Shown piece after piece: positions 14,632 through 31,674 of a stretch of 64,000 nucleotides of DNA. A program made the position numbers and the translations under genes. How positions within the stretch are numbered: position 1 is the stretch's first letter; the number at the start of each line of letters is the position of its first letter. Source of the DNA: the human T2T-CHM13v2.0 reference genome, Homo sapiens. The stretch is from NCBI RefSeq assembly GCF_009914755.1, contig NC_060930.1. One strand, given 5' to 3'. Under the pieces are notes generated by a model that saw only the letters and a list, made by a program, of their open reading frames with translations, made no database searches and was not told where the DNA came from.

Positions 14632-14984
14632 CTACAAACATTGCCTGTCTTATTTTTTCTCAGCCACAACTTATAGGTTCAATATTACTTTTTCATTTAA
14701 CAAAGAAGTTGGGGTTTAAAGAAACTAGGCAATTTTCTAATGTTGCCCAATTTGTAAGTGGCAGAGCCAGGACACAAATCCAGCTCTTCTCACTGCTGTT
14801 TAACAGAATGAATGCAGATTCTTTCTTCTACCCTGTACTATGTGCGCAAAATTTATACAGTCCTAAAGAGCCCCAACTATCTGAATGAAGAGACATCAGT
14901 AAAACTAGTAAGAACTTGTAATGATACTCAGTTCATAAACCTTGAGAGAACCCATTATTAGTGCGTAGTGAGATAATTTGTGTT

Positions 14985-15280
14985 CATTCATGCATTCATT
15001 AATTCAACATTTATTAAACATCTACTAAGTGTTGGCCACTGTACTAACACTAGAGATTTAAAAATGTGATTAAGATAGAAATTTATGCTCTCTCCATTTG
15101 TCTGATGTTCAATGAAAGACACAAACAACTAAACAGGTAGTTACAAATACTGTGTAATAAGTTGTTGTGGAAAGTACATTGTGCTATGAGAACTCAGGAA
15201 TAAGACATAGTCCAGATTTGGAGGATCAGGAAAGACCTCCATGGGAAGAGATGTATAAGCTAAGACTAGAAATGGGACCT
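14985..15280 (-). mobile_element. L2 3' fragment
   Basis: cattcatgcattcattaattcaacatttattaaacatctactaagtgttggccactgtactaacactagaga. Confidence 0.6.
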
Positions 15281-15320
15281 GGAAATAAAACTTGGGCTCA
15301 TTACGGTAGCAACAAGACCT

Positions 15321-15422
15321 GGAGACTTAGATGTAAGATAGAAGAAGAAAGGCTCCTTGAGAAGCTTAAGGAGACTTAGATGTAAGATAGAGGGAAAAAG
15401 AAAGCCTCCTGGAGAAGCTTAA
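15321..15422. repeat. Two-copy tandem duplication (49/53 bp)
   Basis: ggagacttagatgtaagataga...gagaagcttaa at 15321-15369 and 15370-15422. Confidence 0.9.
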
Positions 15423-18400
15423 GGAGGGGCATGGGATGCATAATGGGCAAGGTGGGGCTGTCCATGTATTAACTAAGAGGAGAGCTGGAAAAGACGATGA
15501 AGGGCCTTGACATCTAAATTACACACAAACATGTAAAATTACATGCAATGTATTTTCTTTGCAAAGAAGACAGAGTGATGTCTAATATATTTCAGATTTC
15601 TGTCATAAAAGCATTTTAAAAGTTCATAAAACTTAGTATTTAAAATGTTATTTTTTTTTTAGAAAATTACCTTGTGTGAACTTAGGTATTCCTGAATAAA
15701 TGAGGCTTTCCTGTGATTCCTCATATTATCAAGTCTTTGGTTCTAAGAAAGGAACAAAGGTAGTGTAGGAAGCAGGAAAAAATTGGATTAAATAATTTTA
15801 ATAATCTATTTTATGCAACCTAATGTCTTTTTAGGCAGATAATACTGAATCTTCCACTATGCCTATTTTTTTTTTTTTTTTTGGTGGGGGGAATATGAAA
15901 TTCCTAAAGTTTTCACGGTATTTTCTAATAATGGTCTTCTTGGAGTTGTTCCAGGAATATATGTGTTTAGCTTTAATAACCCCCAAATGAAACTAGGTTA
16001 AATTCCCCTCAGTTTTGCTTTTGTAATTACACATATTTTCAGGTACTTTTTATTACAGGAAACCTATTATGGATAGTAGGTATTAGCATGCTGCCTTTTT
16101 ATATTTATTGCTTTTTTCTTTCTTTTTTCTTTATTTAGTGATCTTTCTGTTCAGAAGAAGGTAATGCTTCAGTTACTTATTTGTTTCTAAAAAACATCCA
16201 AAAGATTTGAAATAGAATAGGAGGCCTGGGAATCCATTCCATTTGGCTTCCAAAATATGTTATTATAAAACACTAATTTTCATGTGAATGGAGTTTAAAA
16301 CAGTAAGATTCTATCAATAAGTCTATCACAGAAATAAACACATTTCTAGCAAAAAAAAATACTCAGGATTCAACAGATGTATTTCAGCCACTATGCAGAA
16401 TACTGCTCTATAAATATGCTTTCGTCCTGCAAGGTTTTGGAAGGAGGAGTTCTGGAAGACAACATTTTATTGAGGCAAAAGGCATTCTAGTTGTTTAAAA
16501 GATTAACCTAGGCAGGGCATAAAGAAAGGTGAATGGCTCCTGCCTGTGGCCTTAGAGTGAAGATAAGAAGAACCTTTCTTGTGAGGATTAAATAAGTTCC
16601 ATCAAACCCTTACTTCCATAGCTCTGACAAGCTGCTTGTTAAAAAAAAAAAAAAAAAAAAAAAGTCTTTTAATGTTAGTTTTCTTGTGACTACCCACTTC
16701 AACTCCAGTCTGCATTTCCCAGTGGCTCCTGGCATGGGAGGAGTCAATGGGAGTCAAGATGAAAAAGGACCCAGGCAGGAAAAGTTAACATGAGTGAACA
16801 CTACCGGCTAGCTAAGGAACAGCAAATGTGGCTGCCCCGTGCACCAAGGGCCATGTGTGATCCCCAGGCTGCTGTGGGTCACTAGACGTGGTTATAGAGA
16901 GTGAGAACTGGACAGTGTCTTTTTTCAGGGAGAAGACAAGATTAAGGCAGGAATGTCAATTTCTCTGTGCAAGACTTCCAGATAGCAGCTGGCCAGAAAA
17001 TGTTTTCATGCCATACTTCCAAAGAGGGGCCCAAATCTCATGCTTGTCCTTTATATCCAAGGTTAAATGAGTTAATACTTATAAAGCACTCAGAATGGTG
17101 ACTGGCCTAGGGTAGGAACCCTGCAACTGATTCAAAAGTTTCTTCTCTGAGATTTCAAAACAACAGGTAAGAATAGCAAGACTCCATTTTGTGTTTTACG
17201 TCTCCTTTTATCTGACCCAGTCACAGGCTTCTTTGCTTCAGTCAACACAAATTATGACCTAGCCATGAGAAATTTCCCCTCTTCTCCTCCTTAATTCATT
17301 TTGAATCCAGGCAGCCTGGCTGCCAAAAGTATTTTTCTTTTTCTTTGTCTTTTTTGGTTCTTTCTTTTTTAGAAAAACATCCAACTGATTTACTATAAAG
17401 CCATTGTATTCATATAGCATTAATTAAATACTACATTGTGTTTTTGTTGCTTTTAGAGGTATCACAAATAAGAATTTGGGGAGTCGATGTAGAATTGTGC
17501 TGTGTCATTTCAGCATCCATTAAGGTGACTGAGAATTTTCCTTACATGCTTTTAGTGCGTAGAATGAATATTCTGTCATGATCCAGAGACTGTGACAAAC
17601 ATAGGCTCTGTTTCTGCAACAGCTTCTGCTTATCCTACTTCCCTAATATATTGGCCATTTCACTGCTTAATAGCACTCAATTTTTAGCTAGGTATGAAAA
17701 TTAATGAGGTAAGGGACTGAGAATTGCCACTTTATTTCTGGTCAGAGACTCTAATAAGAGCCTTAGTTCAAAAAGTCATGATATTAAAAGAAATCCTTGC
17801 AAATTTAATTCAGACATAGACGTAGACAACTGTGGTGGGGTTACATATGATGATTCTCAGAAATAGAATAAAGTTTCATATGCCTTGTGGCTGAGGAATA
17901 GACTAGGAACCTGAAGTCTGTGGCATGAATGGGGTATGACCCCTCTGGTTTTCCTTCAGTCCTTTTATTCCATAATTTGAATGCATAATTTCACATGTAT
18001 TTATTCAGAAATATGTGCACCCAGACTACTTTCTGCTAAATGCAGACTCCCACTCTTAAACATTGGTGAGAGAAGCCTGCTAACTGACATTTGCAATTTC
18101 AGGATGGCACCGTGTGGGAGAGAGAACTGCCAATCATTTCTGCCAACATCACTCTCAGAGGGAGTCTAAACGGAGCTAGCATGGTCCAATTAAAAGAAGC
18201 AATTATGAATAATGGAAAGTAAACAAATCTAAGAAAAATGATATTGCAGATTATAGTGGGTATTCACAATGAAAAGCTGTAGTCTGTGTCACCTTTGTTT
18301 CTAAAGCTATTAATCTTCTTTAATTTTCTTGAAGATTTTTACATGAAATAATCAAAAAGGAATCCTTAAACCTCATTTCATAACTAAGCAAAATTCACCT

Positions 18401-20730
18401 TAGTAGAATAATTTAAAAGCTCTTTACAGATCTTTAATTAGGTCAAATTTTTACGTGGTCTTTGGGTTAGGAAAAATGTATAAACTATTATACTATGACC
18501 CATTTAGCTGCTTGATTATAGAAAATATTGTAAAACAGCCCTTTTAAAAAACTGATTTAATATACAATGTGCAAGATTTGCTTCTGTGGTATAATACAAT
18601 CCAACTTTCATAATTTGAAGTTTGATAAGCTGCATCTTGATGCCTTCCCCTGTGTGCAAGGAATATAGAACCCCGCACTGTAATAGCATGTAAGTGTGTG
18701 TTCTTGTCTCTGAAAGCACAGTGATATAACCTTTTGCCATTGCCAACAAGCATCATGTTAAATTAATTGACCTTGGTTCACTTGCACTATGATGCAATTA
18801 GCAATTATCTTCAGACGTCAACATTTTGGTTACATATCCTAAATAGAAAAAGATGCCTGACCCAAAATTCTGCTAGGAATGTAGAAATATATTTTTTTTG
18901 GCAAATTATTTTTCCTGCTGTGAATATCTCTATACTTTGGTTATGCAAGATAAATTTGTATTAGAGAGCCAAAGTAAAAACCCATATTAACGACCAGTAA
19001 TAACCAGAATGATCAGGGATAAAAGGCACAGGTGTAAGGGAAAAATATCTTTGGACACATAGAAAGTTATAGTGAATGGCTAAAATAAATATGCCCTTCT
19101 TTAGTACTAAAAAAAATTGCTAATGGGACCAAAGGGATTAGGAAGCAATCAATTGATCTCTCTGGGATCTAAAAAAAAAAAAAAAAAAAACGACTACTAA
19201 ACATGAGCAGATATGCTAATATATATCTGTGGAAAATATTTTAAATGATCTCTCAAAGGTGTTTTAAGCTGACTCCCAACTGAGAAGAGATGAAGGTCCA
19301 GAGAATTCATGCATAGACATGTACACAGGGTCTGCCACAAAAATACCGATTTGATAGCTGATGGCAAGTTTTGTTTCAGCTGATGTTTGAAACATGCTGG
19401 AAAATGCAATCTTGCTAAGCAAGGAAAGCAAAACCATCCCGATCTAGTAAGCTAGAACATCCTTTAAGCAATGAACCAACAAAGCCTGTGGATGCCAATG
19501 TAGCATTAAGTTTCAGTATGTAAAAGACTACAAATGTTGACTCTACTTATTCTTGTCTATGGAACTGGCCTTTTAGCCAGTCACAGACATCACATCAGGC
19601 ATCCTGAAGTAGATGCTATTTCATTAGCATCACTTTCTGCCAGCAAATGACATTGTCTTGGAGCAGAGCCAGACTACAGGCATGAGCAATGTGTTAGAGA
19701 TTCTGGACTGGATTTCTCCAGGGAATGGGTAAGGTTATCTAGTCTAGTACATGGTGAAGGCTGCTATAAGTGACAAGTGGAAAAGCTTCATATACCTTAT
19801 GTTGTTGGAAAAACTAGATCTTTAAAATCTCTTTATATCAATTCTTTATAGCTTGTTCATGTACATGTACACATTATCTCTTAATTCTACCAGCAATGTA
19901 TTGTCATGCCCACTTTCCAAATGCAAAAGTTAAGACAATTCCTCGCTATGAAACACAGGTATATTTAGAATACTAAACAAATGCAGATAGTGACTATAAC
20001 CACAAACTTGAACACACTCTATGTTTTGTAGATGTGTTTTCAACTCTTCCAGTGTCATGTAGCACAGACTTGTTAGTCATCGGCATAATTTTAATTCAGG
20101 CAGTTCCAATTGTTTGCTTTTTTCTGAACTTTGCAGAGCACTTGTGATGAGTTTTTACAAAACACCTACACTACATTTCTCACTGAGCCAACCTGCGTGT
20201 TTGTCAGTTTTTCCCATTGCAGAAAATACCAGAACTATATACTTATATATCCAAAATACTACCTCTCTCCAGTCCCCATTTTCCCCCATTCTGATGCAGG
20301 ATTGCCATCTGGTGGAGCACAGAAGGCACTTCTGGTTTGGACTTAACCCAAACAGTATGATCATTGTTTCTCAGTTAGGCTTCCAAGGATCAGTGTAGCA
20401 AATGGGAACCCTGTTTCTGGTCACAAATGAAGATGAGCCAACCGTGAAAAAATAAGCCAATGGTAATGCAGCAAACAGTCACTGGGAGCTGCAGCGATTT
20501 TAGTGGGTGATAACTTGGCAAGAAGAAATCACCTACTCTCAGCTAAAGAAGAGATCACCCACTTTATTAACAATGATTTTTTAAAATTATATACACGTAC
20601 ATATTACGTGTGTGTGTATACACACACACACTCACACATATATACATAACAGAGGCATGATACTGCCCATATATGGCTGCCTGGGCAACATTAAGTCTCC
20701 AGACATTTTGTATTGTATATATGTATATAT

Positions 20731-20732
<2 letters not shown>

Positions 20733-20765
<33 letters not shown>
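20733..20765. repeat. (TG)n microsatellite
   Basis: Direct inspection. Confidence 0.97.
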
Positions 20766-20767
<2 letters not shown>

Positions 20768-22190
20768 CAGAGAAGGTAAATAAAATCACAATTAAAACAA
20801 AGTGGCCTTAGAAAGCTATAGCAGATGTAGCAGAGTTATCTTTCCCCCCTCATTCTCCCCACAAACATGCCCCTTCCCTAGAGTCCTGAAGAGAAGCACA
20901 CAGTTTCCATATGATGCTGCCTGGGCAACATGGGGTCACTGAAGATCTGGAAGCCCTGTTACAGACAGAGATTATGTAACCATTGCAGAAGACTTACACT
21001 GACATACCATAAACCACTACTGCAGGGAGGATTTAACAACGTTTGGCATATCAAATCATCAGTGGAAAGAAGGCAGGTCTTAGTAGTATGTCTGCCTCCG
21101 ACTTTCTAGCTTTCAGAAAGAATGGAGCTTTTCATATGCCAAGCACTGTGCCAAATTAATCTAGGCTAATCACAGACATTAAACATTAGGTGTTATTTTT
21201 TAAATCTGAGGCTTAGAGAGAGGCTAAGAATTTTCTGAGAGTCACACAGCATTTATTCATGCTACAGATGATGTGCTCCTGACAATGTTTTACATACAAT
21301 GGAGGAAATGAGAGAGAAAGAGAGTGTACTGACTTCTTTATTTCCCTACTTCTTATTCTAGCTATTCCTGTGTGATGGGAAGAATGTTTCAGCAGGAAAT
21401 AAAACCACAGAAGAAACACTTTTTTTATCCTACAGAGAAGTTTCCCTAAGAGTGTATTTTTCTTTGAAAATAATGACTTTCAGCTTGAAGAATTCCATTT
21501 AATCAGAGAAAAGTATACATATATTTGTTCCCATCTAAAGAAAGTGAAAACTGGTTGTTTTACATTGCATAGCCCCTTTTCACTGTTAGATCTTAGAATA
21601 AGAAATCATCCTGAGTAACTGCAGGGATATTCATACTCCGAGTGGAATCCCCTTTAATAGATTTAGAAGTTCATTCCCTAACAGCTGCATCATTGAGAAT
21701 GAAACTGCTATTTGTCCCACTATTTTCTTCTTTGTCTAGTCTCAGACAAGCTATACATGTAACCCAAGAGGAGATATAATGGGACGGTGACCAGTGCCTC
21801 ATGGTTAATTCATAGATACGTTGTTTGTTATTTTGAAAACTGATCTGTGGAGGATTTGGTAACTAGTTGTCTTTGTATGTTCATCAGAGATGACTAAACC
21901 TTCAAGCAGAAGTGTTTAGGTTATTTGAAACTCATGGCCAAATGAGGAAAGGATTAGAAAAGAAGATAGAGCATCTCCCAAAGGAAGTCAGGAGGAAAAT
22001 ATTACAATCAATCCAATGCATACCGCTTGAGAGTACATGTTTGTGGAGTGATTAAGAAATGGATGAGCACCTTATTTATATAGCCATGTAAGAACTCCAT
22101 TTTCAGTTTCACGTAGACAGTCCTTACGAGGCTATAAACTTTGTACTTCAACTTCTTAATAGATTATTTCTGGTGTGCTAAGCACAAGGG

Positions 22191-22382
22191 TTTTTTTTAA
22201 CTTTTTATTTTGAAATAATTTTAGATTATCCAGAAGTTGTAAAAATAGTACAGAGTTCCCTTGTATTCTTCACCCAGTTTCCCCCAATGGTAACTAACCT
22301 TACATAACCAGAATATATTATCAAAACAAGGAAATTGTCAGTGGTACACATCTATTAACTACAGACTTTATTTGGATTTCAC
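22191..22382 (-). mobile_element. Old L1 (L1MC/L1MD-like) 3' end
   Basis: tttttattttgaaataattttagatt...agaagttgtaaaaatagtacagagttccc...cacccagtttcccccaatggtaac. Confidence 0.7.
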
Positions 22383-23169
22383 AATTATGTAGCTTCTTAA
22401 AAAATGTTATTTAAAATGTCTTAATCACTGTCTTGATTAATTATTTTATTCTGTTTTAGATAGCTGCTTTATATCTCAAGTCAGAACTAAAAATATTACT
22501 TGAAAATTGGATGTCTTAAGCGAAGCTTTTATGTTTCATTTTGTTTTGTTTTATCCTCAAGTTGATAATATAACCTGCAACTGCATGAATTCGTGTACAG
22601 TTTAATGTGATTGCTCATCTGCAAAATTAAAACTTGAAGCAAAGTCTAGGTTGGCTGTCTTCCAAGTAGTTTCTTGTCTTCAGCGAAATCATAATTTTCA
22701 CCATTTATATCAGGATCTTCTGACTTATGAGGTCATAAAATTTCTGCTATGCCAAACGCAGTTTTCTCTTGGACTTTGTGTTTCCCTTTAATCTGCCATG
22801 TAAATTACAGGCATGGTGTCATTGGAAGACCTTGTTATCTTTTAGCACATTGCTACTTTAGACCAGTGAAGCTAACTTGTTCCTTCACAATTAAAAATAT
22901 GAAGAACAAAAAAAGTATTTGTGTAATAATTTATAGTTTCAAAATGCTTTTATCTGCAGGATGCTCCTTGATCTTACACAACCCTTTGAAAAAGAGAAAG
23001 CTAATAATTTTGTCCCTACTTAAACTTTGTGGGCTCCTAAGAGTAAAGGTCTCATTCATTCATTTAAAAAACTGGATTCAGCTGGGAAGATATATTCATA
23101 CCAGATAAATCAATAGAGGAAATTTAATATGGATAATTTAATATGATGATTACAATTAGATAAAATAGC

Positions 23170-23420
23170 TCAAAAAAACAGGCAGGGGAGGGTGAGGCAA
23201 ACTTAAGGTTAACCACCAACAGAAGCTGCCTACCTGCTTAGAGCTGGAGGGACAAAGAGAAAAGTGGGGCTCCTGGATCCCAAGAAGCTGAGGTACCTTG
23301 TTAGATGAGCGCCTCCCACTCACCCAACCTAGCTGGAAGCCTAAAAGCCAGGGAGCCAAGAAAACATAGCTTCAGTGTACCACCATAGGGTATTACAAGC
23401 GAAAGAAGGGAAGTGTAGGT
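23170..23420. mobile_element. Possible old ERVL LTR (LTR33-like) fragment
   Basis: acccaacctagctggaagcctaaaagccagggagcc resembles LTR33-family sequence (from recall); GC-richer island. Confidence 0.3.
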
Positions 23421-23468
23421 AATAAACCTCAGTTCAAATGTGCCAATCATGTTGTGCCAGGTATACTC

Positions 23469-24397
23469 TTTTTTTTATTTTATTTTTATTATACTTTAAG
23501 TTTTAGGGTACATGTGCACAATGTGCAGGTTTGTTACATATGTATACATGTGCCATGTTGGTGTGCTGCACCCATTAACTCGTCATTTAGCATTAGGTAT
23601 ATCTCCTAATGCTATCCCTCCCCCCTCCCCCCACCCCACAACAGTCCCTGGTGTGTGATGTTCCCCTTCCTGTGTCCATGTGTTCTCTTTGTTCAATTCC
23701 CACCTATGAGTGAGAACATGTGGTGTTTGGTTTTTTTGTCCTTGTGATAGTTTGCTGAGAATGATGGTTTCCAGCGTCATCTATGTCCCTACAAAGGACA
23801 TGAACTCATCATTTTTTATGGCTGCATAGTATTCCATGGTGTATATGTGCCACATTTTCTTAATCCAGTCTATCATTGTTGGACATTTGAGTTGGTTCCA
23901 AGTCTTTGCTATTGTGAATAGTGCCGCAATAAACATACATGTGCATGTGTCTTTATAGCTGCATGATTTATAATCCTTTGTGTATATACCCAGAAATGGG
24001 ATGGCTGGGTCAAATGATATTTCTAGTTCTAGATCCCTGAGGAATCGCCACACTGACTTCCACAATGGTTGAACTAGTTTACAGTCCCACCAACAGTGCA
24101 GAAGTGTTCCTATTTCTCCACATCCTCTCCAGCACCTGTTGTTTCCTGTCTTTTTAATGATCTCCACTCTAACTGGTGTGAGATGGTATTTCATTGTGGT
24201 TTTGATTTGCATTTCTCTGATGGCCAGTGATGATGAGCATTTTTTCATGTGTTTTTTGGCTGCATAAATGTCTTCTTTTGAGAAGTGTCTGTTCATATCC
24301 TTCGCCCACTTTTTGATGGGGTTGTTTGTTTTTTTTCTTGTAAATTTGTTTGAGTTCATTGTAGATTCTGGATATTAGCCCTTTGTCAGATGAGTAA
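23469..24397 (-). mobile_element. 5'-truncated L1PA3/4-like LINE-1
   Basis: ORF 23781-24359 is the ORF2p C-terminus; T-rich tail at 23469; TSD gtatactc at 23461-23468 and 24398-24405. Confidence 0.97.
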
Positions 24398-24559
24398 GTA
24401 TACTCATTTTTATAGACATACCAAGTGATAACATATGAAATGAGATGAAATGAACGTTAACTCCGCTGTGGAAAAATTGTCATTTTTAAAGAGGTGACCA
24501 TCATGTAAACAACAACCACTGCCATTATTGCCGCTGCTAATGCTTAGATTTACTACCAG

Positions 24560-24790
24560 CTAATATTTATGGAGTAATAATTATAATGGCAGGAACTGTA
24601 ATACATTGTTTAAATATAGTTTATTATTTAACCCTCTGAGTCCGGTTTGTTACTCCTATTTTACAGATGATAAAATTGAGACTTTTAAAACTTAAGTATA
24701 GTGCCCACGGTGACAAGGTTGAACAGCCAAGATTCTGATATAGACCATCTGTCTCTAAAACCATGCTCCTAACACTGCCCTATATTGCCT
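24560..24790 (-). mobile_element. MIR SINE
   Basis: agctaatatttatggag...cctattttacagatgataaaattgagact, the MIR core in antisense. Confidence 0.7.
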
Positions 24791-24843
24791 CCCTAAATAT
24801 ATATATATATATAACATACATATATATAATATATATATAATAT

Positions 24844-24903
24844 ACATATAATTAATTCTAAAACTTACATGTATATATGTAAGTTTTAGAATTAATTATA
24901 TGT
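24844..24903. repeat. 60-bp near-perfect palindrome
   Basis: Arms 24844-24870 and 24877-24903 are exact 27-bp reverse complements; spacer gtatat. Confidence 0.97.
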
Positions 24904-25807
24904 CTAGGCTATACTGCAGTAGCCAATTCCTTCCAGGGAAAGGGGAAACTATAGAAGAGACAACACTACCCTCAAGTTGAACTTGAAATATGAGACTCTC
25001 TCTAGGTAAACAAAAAGACAAGGGCATAAGGGCAGAATATCAGTATCAACACTGTATGTTATTTTCTAAGAGCTTGGGAAGCGTGGCTATCTAGCTGAAG
25101 GTAATTCAGATCTGTTGGAGGGATAGTATGGGAGGGGGAATTTTCATAAGAGAAAAGCCTAGGAAGACAATCAGAAGGCACATCATAGTCAAGAGATATA
25201 AATAATTCACACTCAAGAAAATGGGAAGCTGTTGATGATGGTGTGCTATGGAGAGTCCTAATCAGTTTTGTTTTTGAAATAATACCCAACCTGCAGAATT
25301 AGGTCACTATTATGACATGTTTGTAGAGTGCATGATCATTGTTTAGGAAACTGGATGAATGCCAGAAGGATGCCCTGAAAAAATGGATGGGAGTTTAAAT
25401 GTTACCTTCGTGTAGCAGATGTACCATCAGCTGCATCTGACCTCTTACTATTCTTTAACTTCTCAGTTACTGCAAATCAGTGTTCTTAATAAGAGACTGG
25501 AGATATTTGAGAGGAAGATTTTTCTATAAATGCTTGATTGGAGCCCTTTATTCATTTGGCTCAAAATTAAGACAATGATATCTGAATAAATGTAGTTCTA
25601 TAATTATATACTTTATTATAAAACTTTCACATATATTTTCACATATGATACTCAAATAACCTTATGAATTTAGTAGCATAGCTGTTTTTTGCTACAATTT
25701 GAATATGAGAAAAGAGAGCAGTAGAAAGGTGAAACTGTTGCCGTAAGTCTACTAAATGGCAGAGCCAAGACCTCAAGTGGGCCTCTTGTTCAAACCACTG
25801 TTACTTT

Positions 25808-25841
25808 TACACTTGATTTAGCCAAAAGGCTGAGAAGCGAT
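25808..25841 (-). pseudogene. 3'-truncated U2 snRNA retropseudogene (U2 nt 1-35)
   Basis: Reverse complement atcgcttctcagccttttggctaaatcaagtgta versus U2 ATCGCTTCTCGGCCTTTTGGCTAAGATCAAGTGTA (1 substitution, 1 deletion); TSD acca(c/g)tgttacttt at 25794-25807 and 25842-25855. Confidence 0.95.
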
Positions 25842-26878
25842 ACCAGTGTTACTTTTTTCTATGCTCACATATCACCTTGATCTGAGACAAATTATCTCTC
25901 ATTGTTTTGTCACAATTATGTGATATACTTTTATTTAAAGAATTAAACTGCTATATAATTCCTATTCAAATTTTCTATATGCTATTATATTTTCCTTGTA
26001 TATCTACATACTCTTTTATTACTTCACAGTATAAACTTTCTCATGTATATACTTTTTTTCACTAGCAATTGTCTACATCTCAAAAATTTCACCTGTCAAG
26101 TGTATAAATTTCCTCAGTAAATAAAAAGCTGCTGAATATTTTTATATGAGCTTTAAACTTAGCTTCACCTTGTTTCCATTATGCTGCAAGGTGCTTTAAA
26201 GGTAGAAATGCATTTCTGGTCTGCTCACAAACAGATGAAAAATTATTTTCCTGCCTTCTTTGATTTTACTTTCTCGTATGCACTCATTTGAGTTATATCT
26301 CATCTGTGTTAAAATGGAGGTAGCTGTATATCAGCAAAGTAGAAAGAATTCTTGATACTAAAGTAGTACATTTCCTTGCCTTGTTTTCTTTTCCTTCACA
26401 GAGTTTAGTAGTGTTCATTTTATTTATTTGAATGTCAGAGTTCTCAGATTACTGCCAAATATTGTGATTATAGCAGTTTAGGTGAATAAAAACAAGTAAT
26501 GGCTGAATTTAATTATGGATAATAACCATATGAGAAAGGGATGAAAGAACCCCTGAATCTCCTAGAGCTTCATCATCACTATTTATTTTGCAAAATAATT
26601 ATTTAGAATTAATGAGCTTATATCAGAATTGATGTATGACTGATTTTACTTTATTTTTTAAAATTTTATTATTATTTTACTTTAAGTTTTAGGGTATATG
26701 TGCACAACGTGCAGGTTTGTTACATATGTATGCATGGGCCATGTCGGTGTGCTGCACCCATTAACTCGTCATTTAGCATTAGATATATCTCCTAATGCTA
26801 TCCCTCCCCCCTCCCCCCACCCCACAACAGTCCCTGGTGTGTGATGTTCCCCTTCCTATGTCCATGTGTTCTCTTTGT

Positions 26879-30699
<3,821 letters not shown>

Positions 30700-30762
30700 T
30701 ATGATGTTAGCTGGTTATTTTGCTCGTTAGTTGATGCAGTTTCTTCCTAGCCTTGATGGTCT

Positions 30763-31673
30763 TTACAATTTGGCATGTTTTTGCAGTGGCTGGTACCAGT
30801 TGATCCTTTCCATGTTTAGTGCTTCCTTCAGGAGCTCTTTTAGGGCAGGCCTGGTGGTGACAAAATCTCTCAGCATTTGCTTGTCTGTAAAGTATTTTAT
30901 TTCTCCTTCACTTATGAAGCTTAGTTTGGCTAGATATGAAATTCTGGGTTGAAAATTCTTTTCTTTAAGAATGTTGAATATTGGTCCCCACACTCTTCTG
31001 GCTTGTAGAGTTTCTGCGGAGAGATCCGCTGTTAGTCTGATGAGCTTCCCTTTGTGGGTAATCCGACCTTTCTCTCTGGCTGCCCTTAACATTTTTTCCT
31101 TCATTTCAACTGGTGAATCTGACAATTATGTGTCTTTGAGTTGCTCTTCTCGATGAGTATCTTTGTGGCATTCTCTGTATTTTCTGAATCTGAATGTTGG
31201 CCTGCCTTGCTAGATTGGGGAAGTTCTCCTGGATAATATCCTGCAGAGTGTTTTCCAACTTGGTTCCATTCTCCCCATCACTTTCAGGTACACCAATCAG
31301 ACATAGATTTGGTCTTTTCACATAGTCCCATATTTCTTGGAGGCTTTGTTCATTTCTTTTTATTCTTGTTTCTCTAAACTTCTCTTCTCGCTGCATTTCA
31401 TTAATTTCGTCTTCCATTGCTGATACCCTTTCTTCCAGTTGATCGCATCGGCTATTGAGGCTTCTGCATTTGTCACGTAGCTCTTATGCCTTGGTTTTCA
31501 GCTCCATCAGGTCCTTTAAGGACTTCTCTGCATTGGTTATTCTAGTTATCTGGTCGTCTAATTTTTTTTCAAAGCTTTTAACTTCTTTGCCATTCATTCG
31601 AATTTCCTCCTGTAGCTCAGAGTAGTTTGATCATCTGAAGCCTTCTTCTCTCAACTTGTCAAAGTCATTTTCC
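30763..31673 (-). pseudogene. L1 ORF1 remnant (about aa 36 to end), disrupted
   Basis: ENDFDKLREEG...QEIWDYVKRPNL...LQKHAKL; premature TGA near 31632 and a frameshift near 31110. Confidence 0.95.
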
Positions 31674-31674
31674 T

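Noticed and set aside
18103-18222. Open frame DGTVWERELPII...NNGK* after an acceptor-like site
   Set aside because: No recognisable homology and a weak pyrimidine tract; the motif content fits an enhancer at least as well.
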